Shown piece after piece: positions 20,683 through 28,907 of a stretch of DNA of 64,000 nucleotides. The stretch is taken from positions 24,082 to 88,081 of the forward strand of contig JAUWQY010000002.1 in NCBI GenBank assembly GCA_030610855.1, in the 5' to 3' direction. Made by a program: the position numbers and the translations under genes. This DNA is from Dehalococcoidia bacterium (GTDB lineage Bacteria; Chloroflexota; Dehalococcoidia; GIF9; AB-539-J10). Below the pieces are notes generated by a model. It saw nothing but the letters and a program-made list of their open reading frames with translations. It did no database searches and was not told where the DNA came from. How positions within the stretch are numbered: position 1 is the first letter of the stretch; each line of letters begins with the position of its first letter.

Positions 20683-20964
20683 TTACTTCCTCAATCCCAA
20701 TCTGTTAGCAAGAGAATAATGCCGCCTCGCATCCGTCCTGCTCAGGTAAGCCAGAAAGCGCCTTTGCTTTCCTATCACTCCATGAAGTGCATGCCGGGTA
20801 TGTCGATCCTGGGGATACAGCTTGAGATGCTCCGTTAACCGGCTGATTCTCTCGGTAAGCAGTGCCACCTGGACCTCGACAGACCCTGTATCGCTTTCCT
20901 TAAGCCTGAATTGAGTGATGATTTCGCCTTTCTTCTCCTTGTCCACTGTTATTAACTCCCTCAC
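20683..20964 (-). CDS. rpsO: 30S ribosomal protein S15
   Basis: 93 aa; GS(V/T)EVQVALLT ... RRHYSLANRLGLRK typical of S15. Confidence 0.9.
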   Translation of the reverse strand: MRELITVDKEKKGEIITQFRLKESDTGSVEVQVALLTERISRLTEHLKLYPQDRHTRHALHGVIGKQRRFLAYLSRTDARRHYSLANRLGLRK

Positions 20965-21037
20965 TTACTTCAGCAATAATGTCGTATATCATATCACGAC
21001 GGAAGACTCTTGTATAGAAATTGACCGGAAGCCCAAG

Positions 21038-22483
21038 ATGCTCTACAATTGTCCTGTAAAGACAGCCTTCATGCATGAATGTTGTGGCGTTTTCGGAGTC
21101 TATGCCTCAGGCATAAATGTAGCCCAGACGACCTTTTTTGCCCTCTTCGCTCTGCAACATCGCGGTCAAGAAAGCGCCGGCATTGCCGTTACTGACGGCG
21201 ATGGCATAAAGCTACATACCAAGATGGGGCTGGTTTCGCAGGCATTCACTGAAAACGACATTGCCTTGCTCAAAGGACATATCGGCATCGGGCATAACCG
21301 TTACTCCACCACAGGCTCAAGCAGACCTGTAAACGCCCAACCGGTTATTGCGAAATCAGGCGGCTTGACCATCGCCCTGGCACACAACGGCAATATCATC
21401 AACTCCAAGCCACTCCACGACGAGCTTCAAGAACGTGGCTATCACTTTCATACCGGTACTGATTCCGAAGTCATCGCCAACCTGATTCTGGCCTCCCCCG
21501 GCCAAAACTGGCAGACAAAGATAGAACATGCCATGCATCGTCTCCAAGGAGCTTATTCTCTGGTAATGCTGACTGAAGATAAGCTGATCGGAGTTCGTGA
21601 CCCTTTTGGTGTTCGTCCTCTCTGTCTCGGAACTATTGACAACGGATGGAGCATCGCCTCGGAAAGCTGCGCCTTAGACCATATAGGTGCCCAATTCATA
21701 AGGGAAGTCACACCCGGTGAAATTGTGGTGATTGATAGCCATGGAGTGAAGAGTTTCGGGAAGAAAGATGGCAAGAAAGCCTTATGTATCTTCGAATACA
21801 TTTATTTCGCCCGTCCCGACAGCATAATACAGGGCAAACTGCTCTATCTCACAAGGGAGGCTATGGGCAGAGCATTGGCTCGTGAGTACCCTGTTGATGC
21901 TGATTTGGTCATGGGTGTTCCTGATTCGGCTACCGCCGCCGGCATTAGCTACTCGAACGCCTCCGGCATTCCATACTGTGAAGGCTTACTGAAAAACCGC
22001 TATGTGGGACGCACCTTCATTGCGCCTGACCAGAGGATGCGGGAGCTTGGCGTCCAGCTCAAATTCAACCCTCTCTCCCAGGTGATTGCCGGGAAAAGAC
22101 TGGTAGTCGTCGATGACAGCATCGTTCGTGGCACCACCACTCCTAAGATAGTCGGTATGCTCAGAAAGGCAGGTGCGGCACAGGTTCATCTCCGCATCTG
22201 CGCCCCCCCCATACGCTACCCTTGCTTCTTCGGAGTGGATACAGCACCCAGATGGCAGCTCATCGCCGCAAGAATGACCGTCCCGGAAATCAGGGAGTTC
22301 CTTGACGCCGATTCGCTGGGCTATCTCAGTCTCGACGGCCTGATTGGAGCTGTGGGTCTGCCCAAGGATATCTTCTGCCTTGCTTGCTTCACCGGAGAAT
22401 ACCCCATTCCAGTACAAATAGAAATGGACAAACTGGCTTTGGAATCACTGCCTCAGGAGAACTTCAGTGCAATCAAGCTCTGA
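21038..22483 (+). CDS. purF: amidophosphoribosyltransferase
   Basis: Active-site CGVFGV after a short propeptide; PRTase motif VVVDDSIVRGTT. Start at 21038 or 21071; the ORF-track start at 20915 would overlap rpsO and is unlikely. Confidence 0.9.
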   Translation: MLYNCPVKTAFMHECCGVFGVYASGINVAQTTFFALFALQHRGQESAGIAVTDGDGIKLHTKMGLVSQAFTENDIALLKGHIGIGHNRYSTTGSSRPVNAQPVIAKSGGLTIALAHNGNIINSKPLHDELQERGYHFHTGTDSEVIANLILASPGQNWQTKIEHAMHRLQGAYSLVMLTEDKLIGVRDPFGVRPLCLGTIDNGWSIASESCALDHIGAQFIREVTPGEIVVIDSHGVKSFGKKDGKKALCIFEYIYFARPDSIIQGKLLYLTREAMGRALAREYPVDADLVMGVPDSATAAGISYSNASGIPYCEGLLKNRYVGRTFIAPDQRMRELGVQLKFNPLSQVIAGKRLVVVDDSIVRGTTTPKIVGMLRKAGAAQVHLRICAPPIRYPCFFGVDTAPRWQLIAARMTVPEIREFLDADSLGYLSLDGLIGAVGLPKDIFCLACFTGEYPIPVQIEMDKLALESLPQENFSAIKL

Positions 22484-23510
22484 ATCGCCTCGTTTCGCTC
22501 GCAACAGGGCGTATGCCTCCGCTGGCGTAGACGTTCCTCTCGCTAATGGACTGAAGGGAATCGTTGCCCAGCAGGTTCGAGCTACTTATCGACCGGAAGT
22601 GCTGGGCTCAGGATTCTTCGGCAGTATGTTTCAGTTCAAAGGATATGATGAGCCGATTCTGGTCTCCAGCGTTGACGGAGTGGGCACCAAGCTCAGAATA
22701 GCATCGCTCTTGGGCAAACACGATACCGTAGGCATTGACATAGTCAACCATTGCGTGAACGATATTCTCTGTTGTGGCGCCGAGCCCCTTTTCTTTCTCG
22801 ACTACATCGCCATGGGCAAGCTCAGACCCAAGCAAGTAGAAGCAATTATCTCGGGCATAGTTCAGGCCTGCCTGGAAGTTGGCTGCTCGTTGATTGGCGG
22901 TGAAACTGCTGAGATGCCGGGCATGTACTCTGAGCAGGACTATGACCTGGTAGGTTTCATTGTTGGAGTGGTGGAAAAGGGAAATGTCGTTGATGGCAGC
23001 AGCATCGTGTCTGGTGACGTGGTTCTGGGCCTGCCCTCATCCGGCCTGCATACTAACGGCTACTCACTGGTACGCAAGGCCTTCGGCATAGAGGCCAACC
23101 CTTCGTGCTTGGACAAGTTCTACCCTGAGCTGGGGAAAAGCCTGGGCGAGGAATTGCTCCGGGTACACCAATGCTATTATCCTCAACTGAAGCCAGTCCT
23201 GCCGTTGGTCAAGGGGATAGCTCACATCACCGGTGGCGGCTTTGAGGGTAACATACCGCGCATTCTGCCACAAGGACTCGCCGCTCGTCTGCACAAAGAT
23301 TCCTGGCATGTGCCACCCATTTTCAAGCTTGTGCAGAAAGATGGCGGCATAGAAGAGGCAGAGATGTATCGAGTATTCAACATGGGCGTAGGCATGACCG
23401 TTGTCTGTTCACCTCAGCAGGTAGCCAGCATCGCCAGCGTCCTGCCTGAGGCTAGAACTATCGGCGAAATCGTCAAGGCAGTAGACGAGGACAGAGTAGC
23501 AATAGAGTGA
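22467..23510 (+). CDS. purM: phosphoribosylformylglycinamidine cyclo-ligase (AIR synthetase)
   Basis: 347 aa; PurM family blocks (VDGVGTKL, DIVNHCVNDIL, AHITGGG). Confidence 0.9.
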   Translation: MQSSSESPRFARNRAYASAGVDVPLANGLKGIVAQQVRATYRPEVLGSGFFGSMFQFKGYDEPILVSSVDGVGTKLRIASLLGKHDTVGIDIVNHCVNDILCCGAEPLFFLDYIAMGKLRPKQVEAIISGIVQACLEVGCSLIGGETAEMPGMYSEQDYDLVGFIVGVVEKGNVVDGSSIVSGDVVLGLPSSGLHTNGYSLVRKAFGIEANPSCLDKFYPELGKSLGEELLRVHQCYYPQLKPVLPLVKGIAHITGGGFEGNIPRILPQGLAARLHKDSWHVPPIFKLVQKDGGIEEAEMYRVFNMGVGMTVVCSPQQVASIASVLPEARTIGEIVKAVDEDRVAIE

Positions 23511-23520
23511 AGGAGGCTCC

Positions 23521-25053
23521 GTGCGTGCCATAATAAGTGTTTCCGATAAATCAGGCGTCGTTGATTTTGCCCGAGGTCTAAAAGAGCTGGGCATCGAGAT
23601 ATTCAGCACCGGCGGAACGAAGAAATCGTTGGAGGCTGCCGGGACACAGGTGCATAGCATATCGGAACTGACCGGCTTCCCTGAGATCCTTAATGGTCGT
23701 GTGAAAACTCTGCATCCCGCAGTGCATGGCGGCATCCTGGCCCGACGTGATCTTCCTCAACACTTGTCCGAGCTAAGGCGAAACCGAATTGAGCCACTTG
23801 ATATGGTGGTTGTGAACCTCTATCCCTTTGTGGAAACTGTGACCAGAGCCACCGTCACCTTAGATGAAGCGCTGGAGAACATCGATATTGGCGGGCCAAC
23901 GATGATTCGCTCGGCGGCCAAGAATTTCCCTTCCGTCCTGGTAGTAGTCGACCCCCGGGATTACGATGCAGTCCTGCAAAAGCTGCGCCAAAGCAATGTA
24001 GATTTACAGTACAGAAAACGGTTGGCCCAGAAAGCTTTCCAGCATGTGGCCCTTTATGATACCGCCATCGCTCAGTATCTTAATGAAGAGACCTTTCCCG
24101 AAGAGATGACCATAGCCTTGAAAAAGGAGCGCGGCCTCCGCTACGGTGAGAATCCCCACCAGCAAGCCGCCTTCTATGTTGAACAGAGTGTGAGACGCGG
24201 CCAAGATGGCTTAGCATCGCTGGAACAGCTCGGCGGGCCCGAGATTTCCTTCAACAACCTCCTTGATTTGGATGCTGCCTTGAACCTGCTATGCGACTTC
24301 ACCGATCCCACCATCGCTATAATGAAGCACAACAACTCCTGCGGGCTTGCCTGCCATGACGATCTGGCCGAGGCTTACCGACTGGCTCTAGCAGGTGATC
24401 CTGTAGCTGCTTTCGGAGGGGTGGTTGCGAGCAACCGGCCCGTAAATTTGGCTACTGCCAGGGAGATAGACAAAACCCATTATGACGCCATTGTAGCTCC
24501 GGGATATGAGAAGAATGCTCTGGAATTCCTGGCACGCAAGGAGAGTTTGCGCCTTGTCAAAGTTGCCCCCTATGACCGTCCTTCGCCCTCCGAATCAACC
24601 CTCGATTTTCGCCACATCAGAGGCGGCTTCCTGGCACAAGCGCCAGACCTGATAACCGGGCCGGAGCTTCAGCCCCGCGCAGTGACCAGGCGTCGACCTA
24701 CGGACGCCGAGTTTTCAGACCTGCTCTTCGCCTGGAAGGCGGTAAAAGCCACAAAATCTAACGCCATAGTTATCGCCAAAGACAAAGCATTATTGGGCAT
24801 GGGAGCCGGACAACCTAGCCGCGTAGTAAGCGTTGAACTGGCTCTAAGAAGGGCTGGCGACCGAACTCAGGGCAGCGTCCTTGCCTCAGATGCCTTCTTC
24901 CCTTTCACCGATGGGCCGGAATTGGCGATCAAGCACGGAGTTTCCGCTATTATTCAGCCCGGTGGCTCGGTAAGGGACAAGGACGTGATTGAACTGGCAG
25001 ACAAGCATAAGGTTGCCATGGTATTTACCGGTATTCGTCACTTTCGGCACTGA
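23521..25053 (+). CDS. purH: bifunctional AICAR transformylase / IMP cyclohydrolase
   Basis: 510 aa; GTG start; MGS-like N-terminal domain (ALISVSDK-like, STGGT) plus AICARFT domain. Confidence 0.95.
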   Translation: MRAIISVSDKSGVVDFARGLKELGIEIFSTGGTKKSLEAAGTQVHSISELTGFPEILNGRVKTLHPAVHGGILARRDLPQHLSELRRNRIEPLDMVVVNLYPFVETVTRATVTLDEALENIDIGGPTMIRSAAKNFPSVLVVVDPRDYDAVLQKLRQSNVDLQYRKRLAQKAFQHVALYDTAIAQYLNEETFPEEMTIALKKERGLRYGENPHQQAAFYVEQSVRRGQDGLASLEQLGGPEISFNNLLDLDAALNLLCDFTDPTIAIMKHNNSCGLACHDDLAEAYRLALAGDPVAAFGGVVASNRPVNLATAREIDKTHYDAIVAPGYEKNALEFLARKESLRLVKVAPYDRPSPSESTLDFRHIRGGFLAQAPDLITGPELQPRAVTRRRPTDAEFSDLLFAWKAVKATKSNAIVIAKDKALLGMGAGQPSRVVSVELALRRAGDRTQGSVLASDAFFPFTDGPELAIKHGVSAIIQPGGSVRDKDVIELADKHKVAMVFTGIRHFRH

Positions 25054-25122
25054 CCCGGACGAACACGAAGTCGAGAGCATTCAAGAGCCGGCACCGAGCA
25101 TCTACCTGGGTGGTGTGAAGCC

Positions 25123-25440
25123 ATGTTCATGATCAGCAAAGAAGCTATGGATAGCGTTATGTCGCTTAGAGGCAAGATGACTGATCCCGGGAGGAAGGCG
25201 GAGTGTATTGCCGATGTGGAAAACATGATAGAAACAAAGGAATCCATATTGGCAAGGGCGGAGTGGGGCTCTTGTTGCGGCAACATCTGCAACCTGGTGC
25301 CTCAAATAGACAACGAAATACAGATACTCCAGAGCATATTGGGCCTTCTAAGAGAAGGCAGCACGAAGGCAGCTTCTCTGTTGGATGATTACATAGCCCT
25401 GGTGCAAGAAAGCTACAGACCTGAACCGGATCATTGGTGA
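25123..25440 (+). CDS. hypothetical small protein (105 aa)
   Basis: ORF 5 nt upstream of the PncA-PncB fusion gene; no recognisable family; contains WGSCCGNIC. Confidence 0.35.
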   Translation: MFMISKEAMDSVMSLRGKMTDPGRKAECIADVENMIETKESILARAEWGSCCGNICNLVPQIDNEIQILQSILGLLREGSTKAASLLDDYIALVQESYRPEPDHW

Positions 25441-25444
25441 TTCC

Positions 25445-26971
25445 ATGGCCAGAGCGGTGATTGTATCAGATATGCTACGTGGCTTTCTCGAGGAAGGTTA
25501 TCCTCTTTACTGCGGCATCCAGGCCAGGAGTATCATACCTAATGTCCAGAGACTGCTGAAGAGGGAGCTAGAACAGGGCTCGAAGGTGTTCTATTCCTGT
25601 GACCGCCATATACCGGACGACCCGGAATTCAGGATGTTCCCACCTCATTGTATCGAAGGTACTGAGGAAGCCGAACTCATACCCGAGCTCCTAGAATATC
25701 CCGGCGAGATGATACCGAAGAAGTCTTTTAGCGGCTTCTACAAGACTCCTTTAGACAGGAGACTGGAGGCAATCAGGCCCGAAACGATTGTTGTCTGCGG
25801 CGTAACCACCCATATCTGCGTTTTGCACGCAGTTATTGATGCCAGAAACAGGGGCTATGATATTGAAGTCCCCGCTGATTGCGTCGCCTCATTCGATAGA
25901 AAGGCTCACTTCTTCGCCCTGGATTATATGGAAAAGGTGCTTGGAGCCAGGCTTGTCAAGCCACCTGTTAAGGTGCCCCCGCCGCGTTTTGAGATTCTGG
26001 ATTCATGGTTGAACGGGGAGACGGCCGACATCTATTTCCCCCGCACGGTGGAAATACTCAAGAAAGAGGGGATTAACCCCGCAGTAACGATGGAGGTTTT
26101 TTCTCGCCAGGCCGGTATCTTGTGCGGCATAGAAGAAGTCAAAACTCTACTAGATAGAGTGCTTCCCGAGGATAATCGTGAAGTCTGGGCACTGGATCAA
26201 GGCGAGCCTTTCAACGGAATGGAAGTAGTTCTGCGCATAAGAGCCCCTTATCAAAGCTACGGAGCTTATGAGACAGCCTACTTGGGCATGCTCTCTCATT
26301 GCAGTGGCTGGGCTACTGCTGCTCGAGAATGCGTCGATGCTGCCCGGGGTATTCCTGTCATCAGCTTTGGAGCCCGTCATGTCCATCCCTCAGTGGTCGG
26401 CATTATGGAATACTCTGCCGTAGTCGGAGGCTGCACTGGCTGCGCCAGTACCGCCGGGGCAAGACTTGCTGGCATCCAACCCACAGGGACTATTCCCCAC
26501 GCCCTCATCATTATTATGGGCAACACTGCTAAGGCCACTCTTGCCTTTGACAAGCATATGCCTTCCGAAGTGCCACGCATTACTCTGGTAGATACCTTCG
26601 AGGACGAGGTCAGAGAAAGCGTAACTGTGGCCAAAGCGATGCAAGGAAAGTTACAGGGCGTAAGATTAGATACACCTTCAGAGAGAGGTCGAGTTACTGC
26701 CGACTTGGTCAAAGAGGTTAGAGCCTGGCTGGACCTCGAGGGATTTAAGGACGTGAAAATAGTTGTCAGCGGTGGACTGAACCCGGAACGCATCAGGTAT
26801 TTTATCGATGAAGGGGCACCTGTGGACATTCTCGCTGTTGGCAGCCATATCAGCGATGCCAAGCCCATTGACTTCACCGCTGACCTTCACGAAATAGAGG
26901 GCAAACCCATCGCCAAAAGAGGCAGAATGCCCGGCATCACTCCCAACCCCAGGCTAAAAAGCGTGATGTAA
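25445..26971 (+). CDS. fused nicotinamidase/isochorismatase-family hydrolase (N-terminal) and nicotinate phosphoribosyltransferase (C-terminal)
   Basis: 508 aa. The N-terminal ~180 aa carry cysteine-hydrolase/isochorismatase signatures (IVVCGVTTHICV, catalytic Cys context). The C-terminal ~330 aa match archaeal-type NAPRTase. No stop codon or frameshift between the two parts. Confidence 0.8.
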   Translation: MARAVIVSDMLRGFLEEGYPLYCGIQARSIIPNVQRLLKRELEQGSKVFYSCDRHIPDDPEFRMFPPHCIEGTEEAELIPELLEYPGEMIPKKSFSGFYKTPLDRRLEAIRPETIVVCGVTTHICVLHAVIDARNRGYDIEVPADCVASFDRKAHFFALDYMEKVLGARLVKPPVKVPPPRFEILDSWLNGETADIYFPRTVEILKKEGINPAVTMEVFSRQAGILCGIEEVKTLLDRVLPEDNREVWALDQGEPFNGMEVVLRIRAPYQSYGAYETAYLGMLSHCSGWATAARECVDAARGIPVISFGARHVHPSVVGIMEYSAVVGGCTGCASTAGARLAGIQPTGTIPHALIIIMGNTAKATLAFDKHMPSEVPRITLVDTFEDEVRESVTVAKAMQGKLQGVRLDTPSERGRVTADLVKEVRAWLDLEGFKDVKIVVSGGLNPERIRYFIDEGAPVDILAVGSHISDAKPIDFTADLHEIEGKPIAKRGRMPGITPNPRLKSVM

Positions 26972-27133
26972 ACAACGGCAGAAGAGCTTTATTACGCTTA
27001 TTCATATATAGTTAACTGCATAATCTCGTACAAGAATCCTCTCCGTTGACGAGCTTTGCTCCATAAGTACCACTTGCTCCAAAAGTAAGGCATCTGCTCC
27101 AAAAGTCCGTGAGTTGCCCAAAAGGTCTGCACC

Positions 27134-27583
27134 TCAAGTTCTATCACCCCAAAAATCCCTCCAATCCCATGGCTTGTATTGACTACGTTTCCTAGTTGCA
27201 CTGATGGCCAAGACTGAGAAAAGGATTGCGGCTACTATTGATACAATTGTCGCACTGATTGTCCAGCCAGTACGAGGTATGCTAATCATTGCTAATGCTA
27301 AGCCGGTTGTCATTAATGCAAAGCCCCATAAAACCAACATGAGAGTCTCAAATCTATCTCCCTTAGACCTTTTAGTATCTTGGTCGTGGTATTCGTCAAT
27401 CTTCTTAATAAGAGTGGCTAGCTGTTCATTATCCTCTTGTTTTGGATTCGCTTCATTTGGTGCCGTCTCGGTTTCTTGTCTTGAGTAATTTCTTTGGTTG
27501 CCAATGAACATGGATAATAGCTTTAGTAATCCAAAACTGATGACACCTAGAATTAGCATAGCTATTAATGCTAGAACAAACAT
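27134..27583 (-). CDS. small membrane protein (3 predicted TM helices), candidate effector of the island
   Basis: 149 aa; hydrophobic N-terminal helix, hydrophilic ~55 aa loop, two C-terminal TM helices; AAGGAG SD 8 nt before the ATG; preceded by the 33-nt repeat element. Confidence 0.5.
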   Translation of the reverse strand: MFVLALIAMLILGVISFGLLKLLSMFIGNQRNYSRQETETAPNEANPKQEDNEQLATLIKKIDEYHDQDTKRSKGDRFETLMLVLWGFALMTTGLALAMISIPRTGWTISATIVSIVAAILFSVLAISATRKRSQYKPWDWRDFWGDRT

Positions 27584-27611
27584 ATCTCGGTCTCCTTTCC
27601 TGTTTTTGGCC

Positions 27612-27644
27612 TTGTATCACAAGTGCCTTCTGTATCAAAAGTCA
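27612..27644. promoter_or_regulatory. 33-nt repeated element copy A (TTGTATCAcAAgTGCCTTCTGTATCAAAAGTCA) upstream of the membrane protein gene
   Basis: 31/33 identical to copy B at 28874-28906; contains an internal TGTATCA direct repeat. Confidence 0.55.
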
Positions 27645-27674
27645 TTTATCTGGCTTTTGCAAACCTTGATTGTT

Positions 27675-28424
27675 TCATTCATTGATAAGTCGAGGGATAC
27701 TTGGCGTTTCCTCATCTTTGGGCTTTTGTAGGCTCAAACAATAATTTAACAAGGCTGCTTTAGCACCTTCGATACTCTGTTTATGTTCTCCCAAGTCAAT
27801 CTCCGAAAGTTGTTTTGCTCTCAATTGCCCCTTGCTATCTGGCCCAAGCACAGCTAACTGAATAGGCCCCTTAACTCCACCAACATTCACGTCTATTGCA
27901 TGTTCTAGGGTCCATGTAGCCACAAATTCACCTCCGCTAAGAGGTGGAGGGCCAGTCTTCCAGAACACCTCCCGCATTAGAGCAAGAAACGAATCTGTAA
28001 CTTGCTGAGTTACACCAAGAGAAACATACCACAAATCCGTCTTAAGTTCCGGTTGGAAATCAGCCACTGCGAACTCGCAAAGGTGGAATTTCCCCTCTGC
28101 TGGGAAAGCTACTAAAGCACCATACCCTGCTTTCGGCGCAAATGTATAGGCAAAATCTTGTTGAGTAACCCTGCTTAGGTATTCTATTATTTCCATTGCG
28201 GTCCTATTGAATATCCCATCTTGCCATGATTTTTCAACTGTAGCTTCGAAACGTTGCCCAAGCCCGACTTGCCCAGTACCTGCAAGGATAATGCTATCCC
28301 CTATAATTTTTAACTTTTGGGTGGGTTGTTCGACTGTATGAATCTGGCCTGAGCCAAAAGTCGCTGAACTATCAGTGCCTAGAACGACACCATTCTGGCA
28401 GAGAATGCCGACTATTGCTGTCAT
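27675..28424 (-). CDS. proteasome beta/HslV-like Ntn-hydrolase family protein
   Basis: 249 aa. N-terminus MTAIVGILCQNGVVLGTDSSATFG aligns with proteasome beta / HslV mature N-termini: Thr1 after Met removal, Asp17 and a Lys near position 33 conserved. The start abuts the stop of the upstream Panacea-like gene. Confidence 0.6.
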   Translation of the reverse strand: MTAIVGILCQNGVVLGTDSSATFGSGQIHTVEQPTQKLKIIGDSIILAGTGQVGLGQRFEATVEKSWQDGIFNRTAMEIIEYLSRVTQQDFAYTFAPKAGYGALVAFPAEGKFHLCEFAVADFQPELKTDLWYVSLGVTQQVTDSFLALMREVFWKTGPPPLSGGEFVATWTLEHAIDVNVGGVKGPIQLAVLGPDSKGQLRAKQLSEIDLGEHKQSIEGAKAALLNYCLSLQKPKDEETPSIPRLINE

Positions 28425-28856
28425 TTATTCGCAGCCTTGAAATACACTATTAGCCTTCATTTCAGGGTAGGCTTTATAAATTGCCGACACTAATTGCTCA
28501 AAGGATAATACTCGTACAAACTCAGATACGGTTTTTATAAACTCTTGTGCCTTAGTATCTAGGCTGGTCAATAGCGTATCTCCTGCCTGCTGCCCCTTTT
28601 CTGTGAGCCTATAACTCGACCAAGTTTGCTCAGGGACAATTTCAACGTAACCATCGCCCGCTAACTCAAGGAGCACATCATATAAAGACACATCAAAAGG
28701 ACCATAATTGTATGGCTTGAAGTCATAGTGAGGGCCCCCCACTAACTTTGGTATTTCTCTGTCAATCAAGAAGAGGAGTTTTTGCACCTGCACCGGAGTA
28801 TGGCTTGAACCATTGGCGGGAGCAAATGCAGCCAAAATAGTTTCCCTTTTATTCAT
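28425..28856 (-). CDS. Panacea (DUF4065)-like domain protein
   Basis: About 143 aa from the ATG at 28856 (GGAGGT SD 7 nt upstream). The motif VQKLLFLIDRE ... YNYGPFDVSLYDVL resembles the Panacea/SocA-like antitoxin domain core (KLxKLLY ... GPx ... Y). The ORF-track GTG start at 28907 probably over-extends into the 33-nt repeat. Confidence 0.5.
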   Translation of the reverse strand: MNKRETILAAFAPANGSSHTPVQVQKLLFLIDREIPKLVGGPHYDFKPYNYGPFDVSLYDVLLELAGDGYVEIVPEQTWSSYRLTEKGQQAGDTLLTSLDTKAQEFIKTVSEFVRVLSFEQLVSAIYKAYPEMKANSVFQGCE

Positions 28857-28873
28857 TTCATTTACCTCCAGTT

Positions 28874-28906
28874 TTGTATCATAAATGCCTTCTGTATCAA
28901 AAGTCA
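28874..28906. promoter_or_regulatory. 33-nt repeated element copy B, between the S-like gene stop and the Panacea-like gene start
   Basis: TTGTATCAtAAaTGCCTTCTGTATCAAAAGTCA; 31/33 identical to copy A at 27612-27644. Confidence 0.55.
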
Positions 28907-28907
28907 C

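Noticed and set aside
20915-21037. N-terminal 41-residue extension of the purF ORF
   Set aside because: It would overlap rpsO on the opposite strand. PurF homologues start just before the catalytic Cys, so the start was moved to 21038 or 21071.
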